From assembly GCA_029258795.1 (NCBI GenBank), contig JAPDKB010000004.1, positions 1 through 64,000 of the forward strand: a stretch of DNA of 64,000 bases, written 5' to 3'. Shown here piece by piece: positions 40,464 through 50,544 of the stretch (positions within the stretch are counted from its first letter, which is position 1; every line of letters starts with the position of its first letter). This stretch comes from an archaeon. Lineage in GTDB: Archaea > EX4484-52 > WAPT01. Under the pieces are notes generated by a model. That model had not been told where the DNA came from and made no database searches. It was given only the letters and a program-made list of their open reading frames with translations. Both the position numbers and the translations under genes were made by a program.

Positions 40464-40650
40464 TCGAAATTTTCGACACATCTTCGACAGACATTCGACA
40501 CATCTTCGACACTGTCGAAATTTTCGACACATAAAAAAGCACAAGCAAAAGATGCTTTGCACATCTGTGTCGAATAACTGTCGAAATTTTCGACACATCT
40601 TCGACAGACATTCGACACATCTTCGACAGACATTCGACACATCTTCGACA
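40464..40650. repeat. Phased 11-bp direct-repeat array (core TTCGACA) with palindromic junctions
   Basis: TTCGACA at 40472, 40483, 40494, 40505, 40523, 40589, 40600, 40611, 40622, 40633, 40644; inverted TGTCGAA at 40513, 40568, 40579. Confidence 0.95.
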
Positions 40651-40718
40651 CTCAAACACAGCCATTTCCTATTAACGTACATATAAGTCCGAATTAGAAA
40701 CAAGGAAGTTCGTTAAAA

Positions 40719-41807
40719 TTACCTTGTGATTTCAACATTCTTTATGAACTCGTAAAGCTCCCTTGCTTTCTTGTTCTTTTCGAAGTGCTCTCTTATCGGT
40801 TTTATGAGCTTTTCCAGATGCGCTGCCACAGCCATCTTCAGATCAAGCGGGTGGAGCTTGCCCTCTCTATAATCCCCTTCAACCTCCTCGTACGAGCCAT
40901 AAACAACGTCTCCTCCGAACTTCTCCGGACGCTCAACCTTGAACTCATCAAACGCTCTGAAAATTATGTGCTTGACGTAATCCATAATCGGATTGTCCTC
41001 AACAACCTTTTCAGGACAGTACGCCTTCCTTATCTTTCTCACGATCTCCTCGCAGCTATCATGAACAAATATGGCTGAATCGGGCTTGCTCTTGCTCATT
41101 TTGGAAGAAATTTCCTTATCTATTTTCTTGTTTTCATCATACCCTTCTCCCTCCTTTGGCCCTTCCAGCCCCATCAGGATATGGTGGCTGACAACTACTG
41201 GCTTTTTCCACCCAAGCTTATCAGCCATCTCCCTTGCAAGCATGTTCACTTTCCTCTGATCCATCCCAAGCTGGCATATGTCAACATCAAGATGGAACAC
41301 GTCAGCACACTGCATTGAAGGATAGAATAGGAATGCCGTCGGATTGTTCTCTCTCCCAACTCTTCCCGCCACCGTCAAACATCTCATGCCCCGCTGAATT
41401 GTGTGGTTTTTCGCTATTAAAATAACCTTTTTCCAGTATTCTGGATCATCAAAATGCTCTTTATGCCACACAACATCAACCTTATTCATGTCAACTCCCG
41501 CAGCTTTCCATACCTCCAGAAAGTATTCTCCACACTTCCTTATTTTTTCAATATCTCCTCCCAGCTTGTTGTTTATCCATGCAAAGCTGTCCGCAAGCAA
41601 AAGCTTGAAGTGCACACCCGCCTTCATGAGATCCCTGAGCAGAAGGGGTCGAAAAACACCAACAGGCAGATGCGCTATACCACTCGGCTCAAAACCATCA
41701 TAAGCCACAATCCTATCTTTCGTTTCAACAAGCTCCCTGAGCTCTTTTTCCGTCACAATCTCTTCTCCCACGCCCGCTATGAGCTGGAAGCGCGTCTCCG
41801 CATCCAT
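40719..41807 (-). CDS. tyrS: Tyrosyl-tRNA synthetase (archaeal/eukaryotic type)
   Basis: YDGFEPSG, YPSMQCAD, GMDQRKV, KMSKS, LHPLDLK; start at MDAET. Confidence 0.96.
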   Translation of the reverse strand: MDAETRFQLIAGVGEEIVTEKELRELVETKDRIVAYDGFEPSGIAHLPVGVFRPLLLRDLMKAGVHFKLLLADSFAWINNKLGGDIEKIRKCGEYFLEVWKAAGVDMNKVDVVWHKEHFDDPEYWKKVILIAKNHTIQRGMRCLTVAGRVGRENNPTAFLFYPSMQCADVFHLDVDICQLGMDQRKVNMLAREMADKLGWKKPVVVSHHILMGLEGPKEGEGYDENKKIDKEISSKMSKSKPDSAIFVHDSCEEIVRKIRKAYCPEKVVEDNPIMDYVKHIIFRAFDEFKVERPEKFGGDVVYGSYEEVEGDYREGKLHPLDLKMAVAAHLEKLIKPIREHFEKNKKARELYEFIKNVEITR

Positions 41808-41847
41808 AAGGTTATGGTTAAGTACTTTACACTTTAAATTTGTTGTC

Positions 41848-42873
41848 ATGATCGAGATTGACGGGAGTTATGGTGAGGGCGGAGGCCAGATAGTTCGGGC
41901 TGCCATGGCTTATTCCTGCCTTACGGGCCAGCCCACAAGAATATTTAACATACGGGCTAAGCGTTCCAATCCCGGGTTAAGGAAGCAACACGCAACAGCG
42001 ATAAAAGTGCTCGCAAATTTATTCAAGGCGGAGGTTGAGGGAGTAAGCGTTGGAAGCAAGGAGGTGACTTTCAAACCCGGGAGTGAGGTGAGGAGTGGTA
42101 ACTTCACTTTTGAAATAGGTAGTGCGGGCTCAATAACTCTGGTTCTTCAGAGCGTTACCTTCGCTTTGATAGGAAGAAAGTGCAAAATAACTCTCACAAT
42201 CAAGGGAGGTACAGATGTGCCCTTCTCCCCAACCTTTGATTATTTCAAGCACTGCTATCTAGCATTACTCTCACGTTTTGGGTACGAGGCAAGCGCTGAA
42301 GTGGCGAGGCGCGGCTATTATCCGGAAGGCGGAGGGGAAGTGAAGTTCACGTTTAGGAAGCATGAACCCCAGCCAATATTGATGAACGATTGTGAAGAAG
42401 ATTTAAAGGTATTCCGCGTGCTCGCTTCCGCTTCCAGCAACCTGCAGAAAGGCAGAGTATGTGAGAGAACGATAAATTCCGCTATTCACCACATCCTGAA
42501 GAACTTTGGAGAGGTGAAGGTTGAGACATGCAGACACTACTCTCAAACCCGATCCACTGGAGCAGCACTTTGTATAGTCGGTTCCGGCGGGGAAAGAATG
42601 ATCGGCGTTGATTTGCTCGGGAAGAGAGGTCTCCCCTCAGAAGAAATCGGGAAGAGGTGTGTTGAACTCATAAAAAATGAAAGTAAAAGTGGGGCATGTG
42701 TGGATTTTCATCTTGCTGACCATCTGGTTCCTTTTCTAGCAACTTGTGGTGGAGAAATAAAAACTTCTCATATAACGGAGCACACCAAGACGATGGTCTG
42801 GCTTGCCAACAGATTCATGGATGGATGCTTGAAAATAGAGGGGAACTTGATAAAATCATTAAATAAGGGTTAG
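41848..42873 (+). CDS. rtcA: RNA 3'-terminal phosphate cyclase
   Basis: IDGSYGEGGGQIVR, PGLRKQH, GGTDV, RGYYPEGGG, DFHLADH. Confidence 0.95.
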   Translation: MIEIDGSYGEGGGQIVRAAMAYSCLTGQPTRIFNIRAKRSNPGLRKQHATAIKVLANLFKAEVEGVSVGSKEVTFKPGSEVRSGNFTFEIGSAGSITLVLQSVTFALIGRKCKITLTIKGGTDVPFSPTFDYFKHCYLALLSRFGYEASAEVARRGYYPEGGGEVKFTFRKHEPQPILMNDCEEDLKVFRVLASASSNLQKGRVCERTINSAIHHILKNFGEVKVETCRHYSQTRSTGAALCIVGSGGERMIGVDLLGKRGLPSEEIGKRCVELIKNESKSGACVDFHLADHLVPFLATCGGEIKTSHITEHTKTMVWLANRFMDGCLKIEGNLIKSLNKG

Positions 42874-42889
42874 CATCAAAATTAAGAAC

Positions 42890-45800
42890 ATGAGGTTAAG
42901 AATGATCTTGCTTTTCACAGTAAGTATCCTCATGCTTTTTATTTGGTCACAGGCATCTCTGGCTATCAACCCAACCCTAATTAAATCACTATCGTCCAAT
43001 CCCAAAGTACATGGTTTGGAGAATCTGGATGTGCTGATGAAAGCCATCTCCAATAATCACAGAAAAGCTAACGGAATTCCCCTCATTCTTAAATTGAATG
43101 GCAACGTGGATGAAAACCTCCTGAAAAGAAAGGGAATAATCGTGAAGAGACGCATACCAAAATTGAATGTTCTGATTGTTGAGGCACCACCAGAAGCATT
43201 GGAATACCTCACATCACTACCTGAAATAAACGCGGTCCGCATACCACGACAGATACCTCTCACCTTACACGAGAGCGTGCCTTTAATTCGGGCCGACAAA
43301 TTATGGAACGTCCAACTAAACGGAATGAATCTAACGGGAAAAGGAATTACCGTCTGTGTTATTGATAGCGGTATTGATTACACACATCCTGCTCTCAGCA
43401 ATTGCACCACAGCATATCAGCCGGAAAATGATAGCGTAACCGTTGTGCCATATACCCTTAACATAACCCCAACAGCCACGCCCTTAATTCAAAATCACAC
43501 AATCGAAATAGAGAATTTCTCCGCATACTCCATTCACATAAAGGAGCTGCATCTTGGTTGGGATGACTATCTCTACATCTATGATGAGAACGGCACAGTT
43601 GTTCGGGAATATAACTGGGAAGACGATGTGGATGTTTGGACTCCACCAATAACAGGCAGGAACGTGACGGTGGGGGTGGTGATAAACGATAGCGATTCCA
43701 GCGTTTACATAGATATGGTGGCCAACGGCACAATGATCCCCAACATAAGCGTATGTCCAAGAATCGTTGCGGGTTACGATTTCGTTAATGACGACCCATT
43801 ACCCTATGATGATGTCGATCACGGAACCATGGTGGCAGGAATAATAGGGGCTAACGGCACGATAAAAGGTGTTGCTCCTGACGTCAATTTTGTGATAATA
43901 AAGGCTTGTTATCCTTTTCTATGGCTGGGGGTGTGCGATGAAGCAGCCATCATAAATGGAATATATTATTGTGTTGAAAACGCAACAAAGTATAACATCT
44001 CGGTCATTTCCATGAGTTTGGGGGGAGGATCTTTCTCAACTTATTGTGATGATTACAGCGAGGAGATGACTCAAGCCATAAGAGATGCGTTAAAAAACAA
44101 CATAACTGTGGTTGTTGCTGCAGGAAATGATGGGTATGCTACCAACATTTCTCATCCTGCATGCATCAACGGCACAATTCCTGTAGGGGCAACAACGAAA
44201 ACTGACGAGATAGCTTATTTTTCCTCCAGATCTCCAAACTTCGAATACTTTGTTTTTGCCCCAGGACAGGACATTTTAACCACAACCCCTACCTATCACA
44301 CAACAGGTTATTATGGAAAGGGAGACGGAACTTCCTTTGCAACTCCACACGTGAGTGGTGTCGTTGCTCTAATGTATCAGTTTTACCGTCTGCTTTACTC
44401 AACCTTACCCACCCCACAATTAATTAGGAGAAAGCTCGTTGAGACGGGCGTGCCAATAATGGATAGTGCTACCTCACACGTTTATCCAAGGGTGGACGCA
44501 TACGCAGCGGTCATGTCACTAGACACAATACCACCAACAGTGTCAATCATAGAACCACCAAAAGATATTGTTACAAACAACACCAATCTAACGTTTTTTG
44601 TGAAGCTAACGGATAATTTTGCGCTGAAAAATGCCTCCGCACACTTACTCTTCAACGGAACCCGCACCGAGCTTAAGAACTGGAATTTTGAGGAGAACAT
44701 CAACAGCACGACCATAAATTTTACTGTGGAGTTTACATCTGATGGAACACGCATAATCAACGTGTCAGCGTGTGACTATTCTTCCTGCACATCTTCATTA
44801 CGCACAGTGGTGGTGGACACAACACCTCCAGCAATACATCTCAACATGTCTAATGGCACTACCATCAACACCTCGACTGTGGTTGTCAGCGTTAAATGCA
44901 CGGATTTAACCCCCATAACCAGTATGGAATACTGTCTGGATGAATACTGCACACCGTTAACCTGTACCAACGGAAACGCGCAATTCGTCCTTAACAATCT
45001 AACAGACGGGAATCACCAGCTTGTCATGCGCGCGGAAGACTTTATAGGGAACAGCAACACGATCAACATAACCTTCAGGGTTAAGGTACCTCCCTACATT
45101 CTTGTTTACATTAATGAGAGCGAAAGCATCATACCAACCAATAACGTTTCAGTGTTCATTGAGGGTTCAGACAACACAGAAATCAAAGATATGGTTTTGG
45201 TTGTGGATAACAGCACGTATGAACACATTTTAATTAACGCAAGCAGCGTGAATTTAAATTACACTTTTTCATTGCCGGATGGAGGGCACAACATAACCGT
45301 GTGTGTTAATGACAGCGTGAATTTGTCTAGCTGTTCATTTTTAGAGGTGAAGGTGGATGGCAATCCCCCAGTTATCTTGCTCGTGTCTCCTCAGAACACC
45401 ACTTACACCAACTCAACCGCCATCCCACTACAATTCCAAGTTAGCGACCGACCATTTAACATCATAAACTGCAATTCAACCATCGAAAGATTCAATGGAA
45501 GTGGTTGGGTCGTGCAACACAAATTTTCCTTGAGCTCAAATGAAACGCCAATAAATTATAGCGATACCTTAACGATGGGTGATGGCATCTTTAACCTCAC
45601 AATAAGTTGTGTGGATCCCGCAACACACATTACCTCCATCAAAGCCAACTTCACCATCGACACCCTTCCTCCATCGATCAGCATCTCCTGGAAGAAAGGA
45701 AATTTGGTGGAGCACACACTGTACTTGAATGAGAGTGAACTTGAGTTTAACTTGAGCGTTAACGATCATGGTACTGGCATTAAAGAAGTAGAGATTGTTA

Positions 45801-47038
45801 AACTTGCTGGAAATTCAACGGAAGCAATAATCAACGACACATATCACAATTTAACCACGGAGAAGCGTTACAATTTATCTTTGATGGTGGAGCAGGAAAA
45901 CACAAGTTTAACGGTGGTTGTGAAGGATAGCATCAGATCCGTGAACGAGAGCTTTTACATCGTAACGGATACTTTGCCCCCACAAATCGTTATGCTTAGT
46001 GTGCCCTCAAAAGTTGCTTTAAATTCGGATATAGAAAGGCTGGCAACATGTGAGGCAGAAGATAACGAAACAGGTATATTTTTGGTTGAGATTTATGGAG
46101 ATACAACCACTACAGGCAACAAAACATTGGTGTGCTGTGCTTACGATTACGCCCTAAACCGCGTGTGTAACGAAACCTATTATTACGTTTATGCACCTAA
46201 ACCCAAAAAATCCAGTTCAACCACCCTCACCACGAGCTCCACTACCACAACCATTCAGATTGTTGAAGAGGAAGAGGAAAAGGAGGAGGTTCTGATTTTG
46301 GAAGATGCAGTTGTCATTGACATTTCAACAAAAGGAAGTGAAAAGGAAATCGATCTTTCGAATCAATCAATCCTGCCGTTCATCAAAAAATTAAGAGTGA
46401 AATCAGAAAAAGGAGTTGAACTCGAGATAGCTCCTGTGCAAGTTCAAAACGAAAGTGTGATTGAGGCTTTTGTTATCAACGCTTCCGGTTCTTCCGAGAT
46501 AACAAGTATCAATCTAACACTCTCTCTTCAAGAACTTCTTGAAGAGGGGGGAGATGTTATAATAGTTGTGAATGAGAAGGAAAATCACAAGGAATTGAAT
46601 GTTGATGCTGACACGCATTCAACAGTAGGTCTGGAAGTTGTTCCTCCAGCCACCATCACCATCCTCAAGAAAAAAACCACACAACTCACATATTATGGAG
46701 AGGAAGTGCAACCCGTGGAAGAGCAGTCCGAGATAAAAACAACCCAAACCAGACCCGATGATGAGGAACAACAACCCTCCAATTCCATTCTCTGGCTGTT
46801 AATGTTGGTTTGTTTTGTTTCCACACTTGTTCTTATAAAATTGTGGTCGCGCCATCTGAAAGAAAAACAGAAAAAACAGATTATTCGTGATATGGAAAGG
46901 ATCAACCTCCTTCGTGCAAAGATGGAGGAATTGCTGAGCTCGAAAGATATAGCTGAGGAGGATCGTAAAAGACTGGAGAGTTTAAGGAATGAAACAGAGA
47001 AGTTGTACAAATTCATGAAAAAGTCATTAGATAAATGA
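42890..47038 (+). CDS. Large secreted, membrane-anchored S8 subtilisin-like serine protease with Ig-like repeats
   Basis: Signal peptide, VIDSGID / HGTMVAG / GTSFATPHV triad, DTTPP Ig-like linkers, many N-X-S/T sequons, C-terminal TM helix. Confidence 0.92.
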   Translation: MRLRMILLFTVSILMLFIWSQASLAINPTLIKSLSSNPKVHGLENLDVLMKAISNNHRKANGIPLILKLNGNVDENLLKRKGIIVKRRIPKLNVLIVEAPPEALEYLTSLPEINAVRIPRQIPLTLHESVPLIRADKLWNVQLNGMNLTGKGITVCVIDSGIDYTHPALSNCTTAYQPENDSVTVVPYTLNITPTATPLIQNHTIEIENFSAYSIHIKELHLGWDDYLYIYDENGTVVREYNWEDDVDVWTPPITGRNVTVGVVINDSDSSVYIDMVANGTMIPNISVCPRIVAGYDFVNDDPLPYDDVDHGTMVAGIIGANGTIKGVAPDVNFVIIKACYPFLWLGVCDEAAIINGIYYCVENATKYNISVISMSLGGGSFSTYCDDYSEEMTQAIRDALKNNITVVVAAGNDGYATNISHPACINGTIPVGATTKTDEIAYFSSRSPNFEYFVFAPGQDILTTTPTYHTTGYYGKGDGTSFATPHVSGVVALMYQFYRLLYSTLPTPQLIRRKLVETGVPIMDSATSHVYPRVDAYAAVMSLDTIPPTVSIIEPPKDIVTNNTNLTFFVKLTDNFALKNASAHLLFNGTRTELKNWNFEENINSTTINFTVEFTSDGTRIINVSACDYSSCTSSLRTVVVDTTPPAIHLNMSNGTTINTSTVVVSVKCTDLTPITSMEYCLDEYCTPLTCTNGNAQFVLNNLTDGNHQLVMRAEDFIGNSNTINITFRVKVPPYILVYINESESIIPTNNVSVFIEGSDNTEIKDMVLVVDNSTYEHILINASSVNLNYTFSLPDGGHNITVCVNDSVNLSSCSFLEVKVDGNPPVILLVSPQNTTYTNSTAIPLQFQVSDRPFNIINCNSTIERFNGSGWVVQHKFSLSSNETPINYSDTLTMGDGIFNLTISCVDPATHITSIKANFTIDTLPPSISISWKKGNLVEHTLYLNESELEFNLSVNDHGTGIKEVEIVKLAGNSTEAIINDTYHNLTTEKRYNLSLMVEQENTSLTVVVKDSIRSVNESFYIVTDTLPPQIVMLSVPSKVALNSDIERLATCEAEDNETGIFLVEIYGDTTTTGNKTLVCCAYDYALNRVCNETYYYVYAPKPKKSSSTTLTTSSTTTTIQIVEEEEEKEEVLILEDAVVIDISTKGSEKEIDLSNQSILPFIKKLRVKSEKGVELEIAPVQVQNESVIEAFVINASGSSEITSINLTLSLQELLEEGGDVIIVVNEKENHKELNVDADTHSTVGLEVVPPATITILKKKTTQLTYYGEEVQPVEEQSEIKTTQTRPDDEEQQPSNSILWLLMLVCFVSTLVLIKLWSRHLKEKQKKQIIRDMERINLLRAKMEELLSSKDIAEEDRKRLESLRNETEKLYKFMKKSLDK

Positions 47039-47992
47039 ATCCAGTATCACTTCACCTATTTCCTTTGTGGACTGAGAAATTCTGCTCAAATTTTCCGTTA
47101 TGTTGGCTATGTCAGATCTAATGTCCGCTGGCACAACACTTAAATTTTCTCTCAGGTTTTCCAGATCAACTTTGGAATATCTTGTGCTTTCATCCACAAC
47201 ATAGTTGGCAAGGTTTCTGTCGTTTTCGCCAAGGGCAAGCGGAATTTTCTTTATTATCTCCGCCAACCTGTTGAGCGGTTGTTGCAGAAGATGGGAGAGT
47301 TCCGCCTTTTCCATAATCTGTATGGTGTGGGTGGCTATGCTCTCAAGACAATCTCCAACACTTTCCAGTTTTTGCAGAACAGAACTGTAACCAAACAGTT
47401 TGATGAATGTTCTCATGCTCGGAAAGCTCTCATATCCCTTGATATTTAGCTGTCTTCTCGCCAAAAGAACCATTTTATCCAGATCATCATCCCGTTGGAC
47501 AACATCTCGTAAGAGAGATGCGTCATTCTTTATTATCGCTTCAATGAGGGAAGATATCATCCAGAGAATGGATGCGCAACACCTAGAGATCATATCCTCA
47601 AGATTCATTTTTTCTGGCCCGACCATAACCTTTATGATCAGCTTATTATTTTCCTCCAGCAGATCTATCCCGAAAAGTATGGACTCCACACTGCTCTTGA
47701 TCTTTTTCAGCACATCCCACGAATCAAGGCCGGTAACCTCTATTTTATCGTATCCTTGAACGTATTTCGCAACTATTTCCCTTACCACCCATTCCACATT
47801 TCTGTCAAATTTAACAAAACACTCCCTCACCATCTTTCTGTCCTTTCTAACAACAACATGCTCGCTTTCTGGCGTGTAGTTTACCACCAACATGTCCCCA
47901 TTCTTTATTCCATGGCTATCCACCCATTCTTTTGGAAGAGAAACGACCAGTGTTGTTCTTCCAAGCTTCTGCACCTTTCTTCTTTCCTCCAT
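47027..47992 (-). CDS. AbrB-PhoU phosphate uptake regulator
   Basis: RKVQ.LG.TTLVVSLPKEW AbrB domain, YVQGYD, RDDDLDK, LESVGD. Confidence 0.88.
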   Translation of the reverse strand: MEERRKVQKLGRTTLVVSLPKEWVDSHGIKNGDMLVVNYTPESEHVVVRKDRKMVRECFVKFDRNVEWVVREIVAKYVQGYDKIEVTGLDSWDVLKKIKSSVESILFGIDLLEENNKLIIKVMVGPEKMNLEDMISRCCASILWMISSLIEAIIKNDASLLRDVVQRDDDLDKMVLLARRQLNIKGYESFPSMRTFIKLFGYSSVLQKLESVGDCLESIATHTIQIMEKAELSHLLQQPLNRLAEIIKKIPLALGENDRNLANYVVDESTRYSKVDLENLRENLSVVPADIRSDIANITENLSRISQSTKEIGEVILDSFI

Positions 47993-48094
47993 ACTACCCC
48001 TTCGGTATATGTTTGTATATACCACTCTTAATTAACTTTAAATATTTAACTTGGATTAGTGATTTTGTCTTTCCACCCCGTTCTTTGGTGATTT

Positions 48095-48415
48095 GTGATG
48101 GAGGACACGATAGTTAAGATAAAGGAAGCCGAGGAGAAGGCAAAACAAATCATCGAAAATGCGGAGAAGAAGAAGGAAAAAATAATTCTTGAAGCCAGAG
48201 AAAAGGCGGAAATGCTGTTGGTCGAGACCCAAGAAAGATTGAAAAAGGAGAGAGAGCAGGAATTAAAAAAACTTGAAAGAAAATTGAAGAATAAAAAACA
48301 GAAGTTGCTGAAAGAAGCGGAAAAACAGGCAGAAGCGCTACGCAAAACATACGAAGCACAGAAGGGAAGGCTGGTTAAAAAGGCGGTCGAGCACTTTCTA
48401 AAGGTTTATGCGTGA
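48095..48415 (+). CDS. atpH: A-type ATP synthase subunit H
   Basis: IKEAEEKAKQIIE charged helix at the head of the operon. Confidence 0.8.
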   Translation: MMEDTIVKIKEAEEKAKQIIENAEKKKEKIILEAREKAEMLLVETQERLKKEREQELKKLERKLKNKKQKLLKEAEKQAEALRKTYEAQKGRLVKKAVEHFLKVYA

Positions 48416-48421
48416 AGGGCC

Positions 48422-50290
48422 ATGCTCAGAACAGAAAGAATGTACAAGCTGACGGTTATAGGAGCGAAAAAGTATTTGGAAGAGGTAGTGGATGCTCTAT
48501 ATGATCTTGGAGCGGTGCATATAAAAGAATATGAAAAAAGTGATGAGTTCTTCGACATAGGAAAGCCGTTTGAGAAATCGGAAAGAATCTCCAAACTTTT
48601 AATGAAGGTAAGAGCAATACTATCCTTACTCCCCAAAGATGTTGAGGTGGATGGAAAGCGGGCTGGCAGCTTCAAAAAATTTGATGAGCTGGAAGCTTGG
48701 TGTATCGAAATCCATGAAAAATTGGAAAAACTGCATGATGCTCTGAGAAAATATACCGAGACACAAGAAAAACTAAAAACAAAAGCGGAGCATCTCAAAA
48801 TGCTTGAGAAGCTCAACCTCAAACCAGAACTGCTGACAGAATATTCCACAATTCAGTGGAAAATCATTTTGACAAAGAATGATGATTTGGTTAAGAAGTT
48901 GGAATCGAAAGCCAAGGATGTGTGTGAATTTCGCGTTGCTGAGTATGATGGAGGGAAATTGATTGCTGTGTTTTATAGAAAGGATGCGGAGAAAAAAGTG
49001 AATGAGATCATGAGTAATTATGAACATGCAGTCGTTGAACTTAAAGAGCTGGAAGGGATGGAAGGCTCACCCACCATCCTGAAAAAAGAGGTCGAAAAAG
49101 AGCTCGTAAAGGTGGAGAAGGAGATTGAAAAGCTTCAGGAAAAAATAAAAGAGATTGCAAAAAGGGTAAAGCCAATTCTCCTCTACTGGCAGGAGGTTCT
49201 GGAGGAGGAAGCTGAGAAAGCTGAAGCCCCGCTAAAATTTGCCACAAGCCCCAACGTCTTCATGCTCAAGGGATGGGTTCCGAAGAAAAATGCGGAAAAG
49301 GTCAAGAAAACGCTGGAAAAAATAACCAACAAAACCATCTATCTGAAGTTTGAAGAGGTGGATGAGAAGAAAGAAAATGCTCCTGTCAAATTCGCTCATC
49401 CCAAAGGTGTGGATAATTTCCAGTACTTCATGGAAATGTATTCCCTGCCAAGATACAGCGAGATAGACCCAACACTCTTTGTTGCGCTCACATTCCCCGT
49501 CTATTTTGGCTTCATTCTGGGTGATGTTGGATACGGACTTACGAGCTTGATAGCGTTCCTCCTTCTCCGTCAAAAGTTCCCGAATCTGAAAAAGCTCATG
49601 AACATATTCATTTTCAGCGCGATAATGACCATAGTGTTTGGATTTGTTTATGGGGAGTTCTTCGGGCTTAATGAGATAGCTGGAATCAAGATGCCTGTGC
49701 TGATTCACAGGGTTCATGAAACAATGGACCTACTTTTAATCTCGGTTGCCATCGGAATAATACACGTTAACTTAGGATTTATTCTGGGCATAATAAACGA
49801 GTGGAAGCTCCACGGATTCAAGAAAGCATTATTTGAAAAAGCGAGCTGGCTGATAATTGAGGGAGGTGTGGTGATGTATTATTTAGCATCAAAGAGCTAC
49901 ATAGCCATTCCAAAAGAAACGGGTATAGCAGTTACGCTTGCAGGCGTTGTCATGCTCGCGAAAGGAGAAGGTATAAAGGGTGTGGTTGAACTCCCCACAC
50001 TGTTGAGTCACACTTTATCATATGCGCGATTGATGGGTGCCGGAATAGCTTCAGCAGGGCTAGCGATGGTGATAGATTCCATAGCTGGGCAGCTGATGGC
50101 AAAAGGTTCCGTGTTCGTTCTTTTTGCTATATTGCTCGTGATAATGGGTCATGTTATGAACATCATGCTTGGCATAATGGAAGGATTTCTCCACTCCCTC
50201 AGGCTTAATTATGTTGAATTTTTCACAAAGTTTTTCATAGGTGGAGGTTTTCCTTACAATCCTTTCGGCAAAAAATCAAAAATGAGGTGA
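48422..50290 (+). CDS. atpI: A-type ATP synthase subunit I (a)
   Basis: EIDPT, GDVGYG, SYARL, HSLRLNYVEFF. Confidence 0.96.
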   Translation: MLRTERMYKLTVIGAKKYLEEVVDALYDLGAVHIKEYEKSDEFFDIGKPFEKSERISKLLMKVRAILSLLPKDVEVDGKRAGSFKKFDELEAWCIEIHEKLEKLHDALRKYTETQEKLKTKAEHLKMLEKLNLKPELLTEYSTIQWKIILTKNDDLVKKLESKAKDVCEFRVAEYDGGKLIAVFYRKDAEKKVNEIMSNYEHAVVELKELEGMEGSPTILKKEVEKELVKVEKEIEKLQEKIKEIAKRVKPILLYWQEVLEEEAEKAEAPLKFATSPNVFMLKGWVPKKNAEKVKKTLEKITNKTIYLKFEEVDEKKENAPVKFAHPKGVDNFQYFMEMYSLPRYSEIDPTLFVALTFPVYFGFILGDVGYGLTSLIAFLLLRQKFPNLKKLMNIFIFSAIMTIVFGFVYGEFFGLNEIAGIKMPVLIHRVHETMDLLLISVAIGIIHVNLGFILGIINEWKLHGFKKALFEKASWLIIEGGVVMYYLASKSYIAIPKETGIAVTLAGVVMLAKGEGIKGVVELPTLLSHTLSYARLMGAGIASAGLAMVIDSIAGQLMAKGSVFVLFAILLVIMGHVMNIMLGIMEGFLHSLRLNYVEFFTKFFIGGGFPYNPFGKKSKMR

Positions 50291-50296
50291 GGAAAA

Positions 50297-50521
50297 ATGG
50301 CAGGAGATGTTGGCCTGATAGCAATCGGAGCCGGACTGGCTATTGGTTTGGGAGCGATCGGAGCCGGACTCGCTGAAGCATCCATAGGAGCTGCAGCAGT
50401 TGGTGCATTCACAGAAAAAGAGGAGCTCTTTGGAAAGGGTTTGATCATGACAGTGATTCCAGAAACCCTCGTGATATTCGGTATGGTTATAGCCATAATG
50501 CTGATGCAGCTCGCACACTAA
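50297..50521 (+). CDS. atpK: A-type ATP synthase subunit K (c, proteolipid), single hairpin
   Basis: Gly/Ala-rich TM1 and VIPETLVIFG with the ion-binding Glu. Confidence 0.95.
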   Translation: MAGDVGLIAIGAGLAIGLGAIGAGLAEASIGAAAVGAFTEKEELFGKGLIMTVIPETLVIFGMVIAIMLMQLAH

Positions 50522-50544
50522 AATCTTATACAAAGAGGTGAAGA

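Noticed and set aside
40464-40650. CRISPR array interpretation of the repeat
   Set aside because: Units are 11 bp and contiguous with no unique spacers; no cas genes in the window
39976-40703. Minus-strand ORFs with repeated CRRCVE/SKMCR/SVEDV peptides
   Set aside because: All three frames are open only because the repeat lacks stop codons; the longest is antisense to a credible HTH gene
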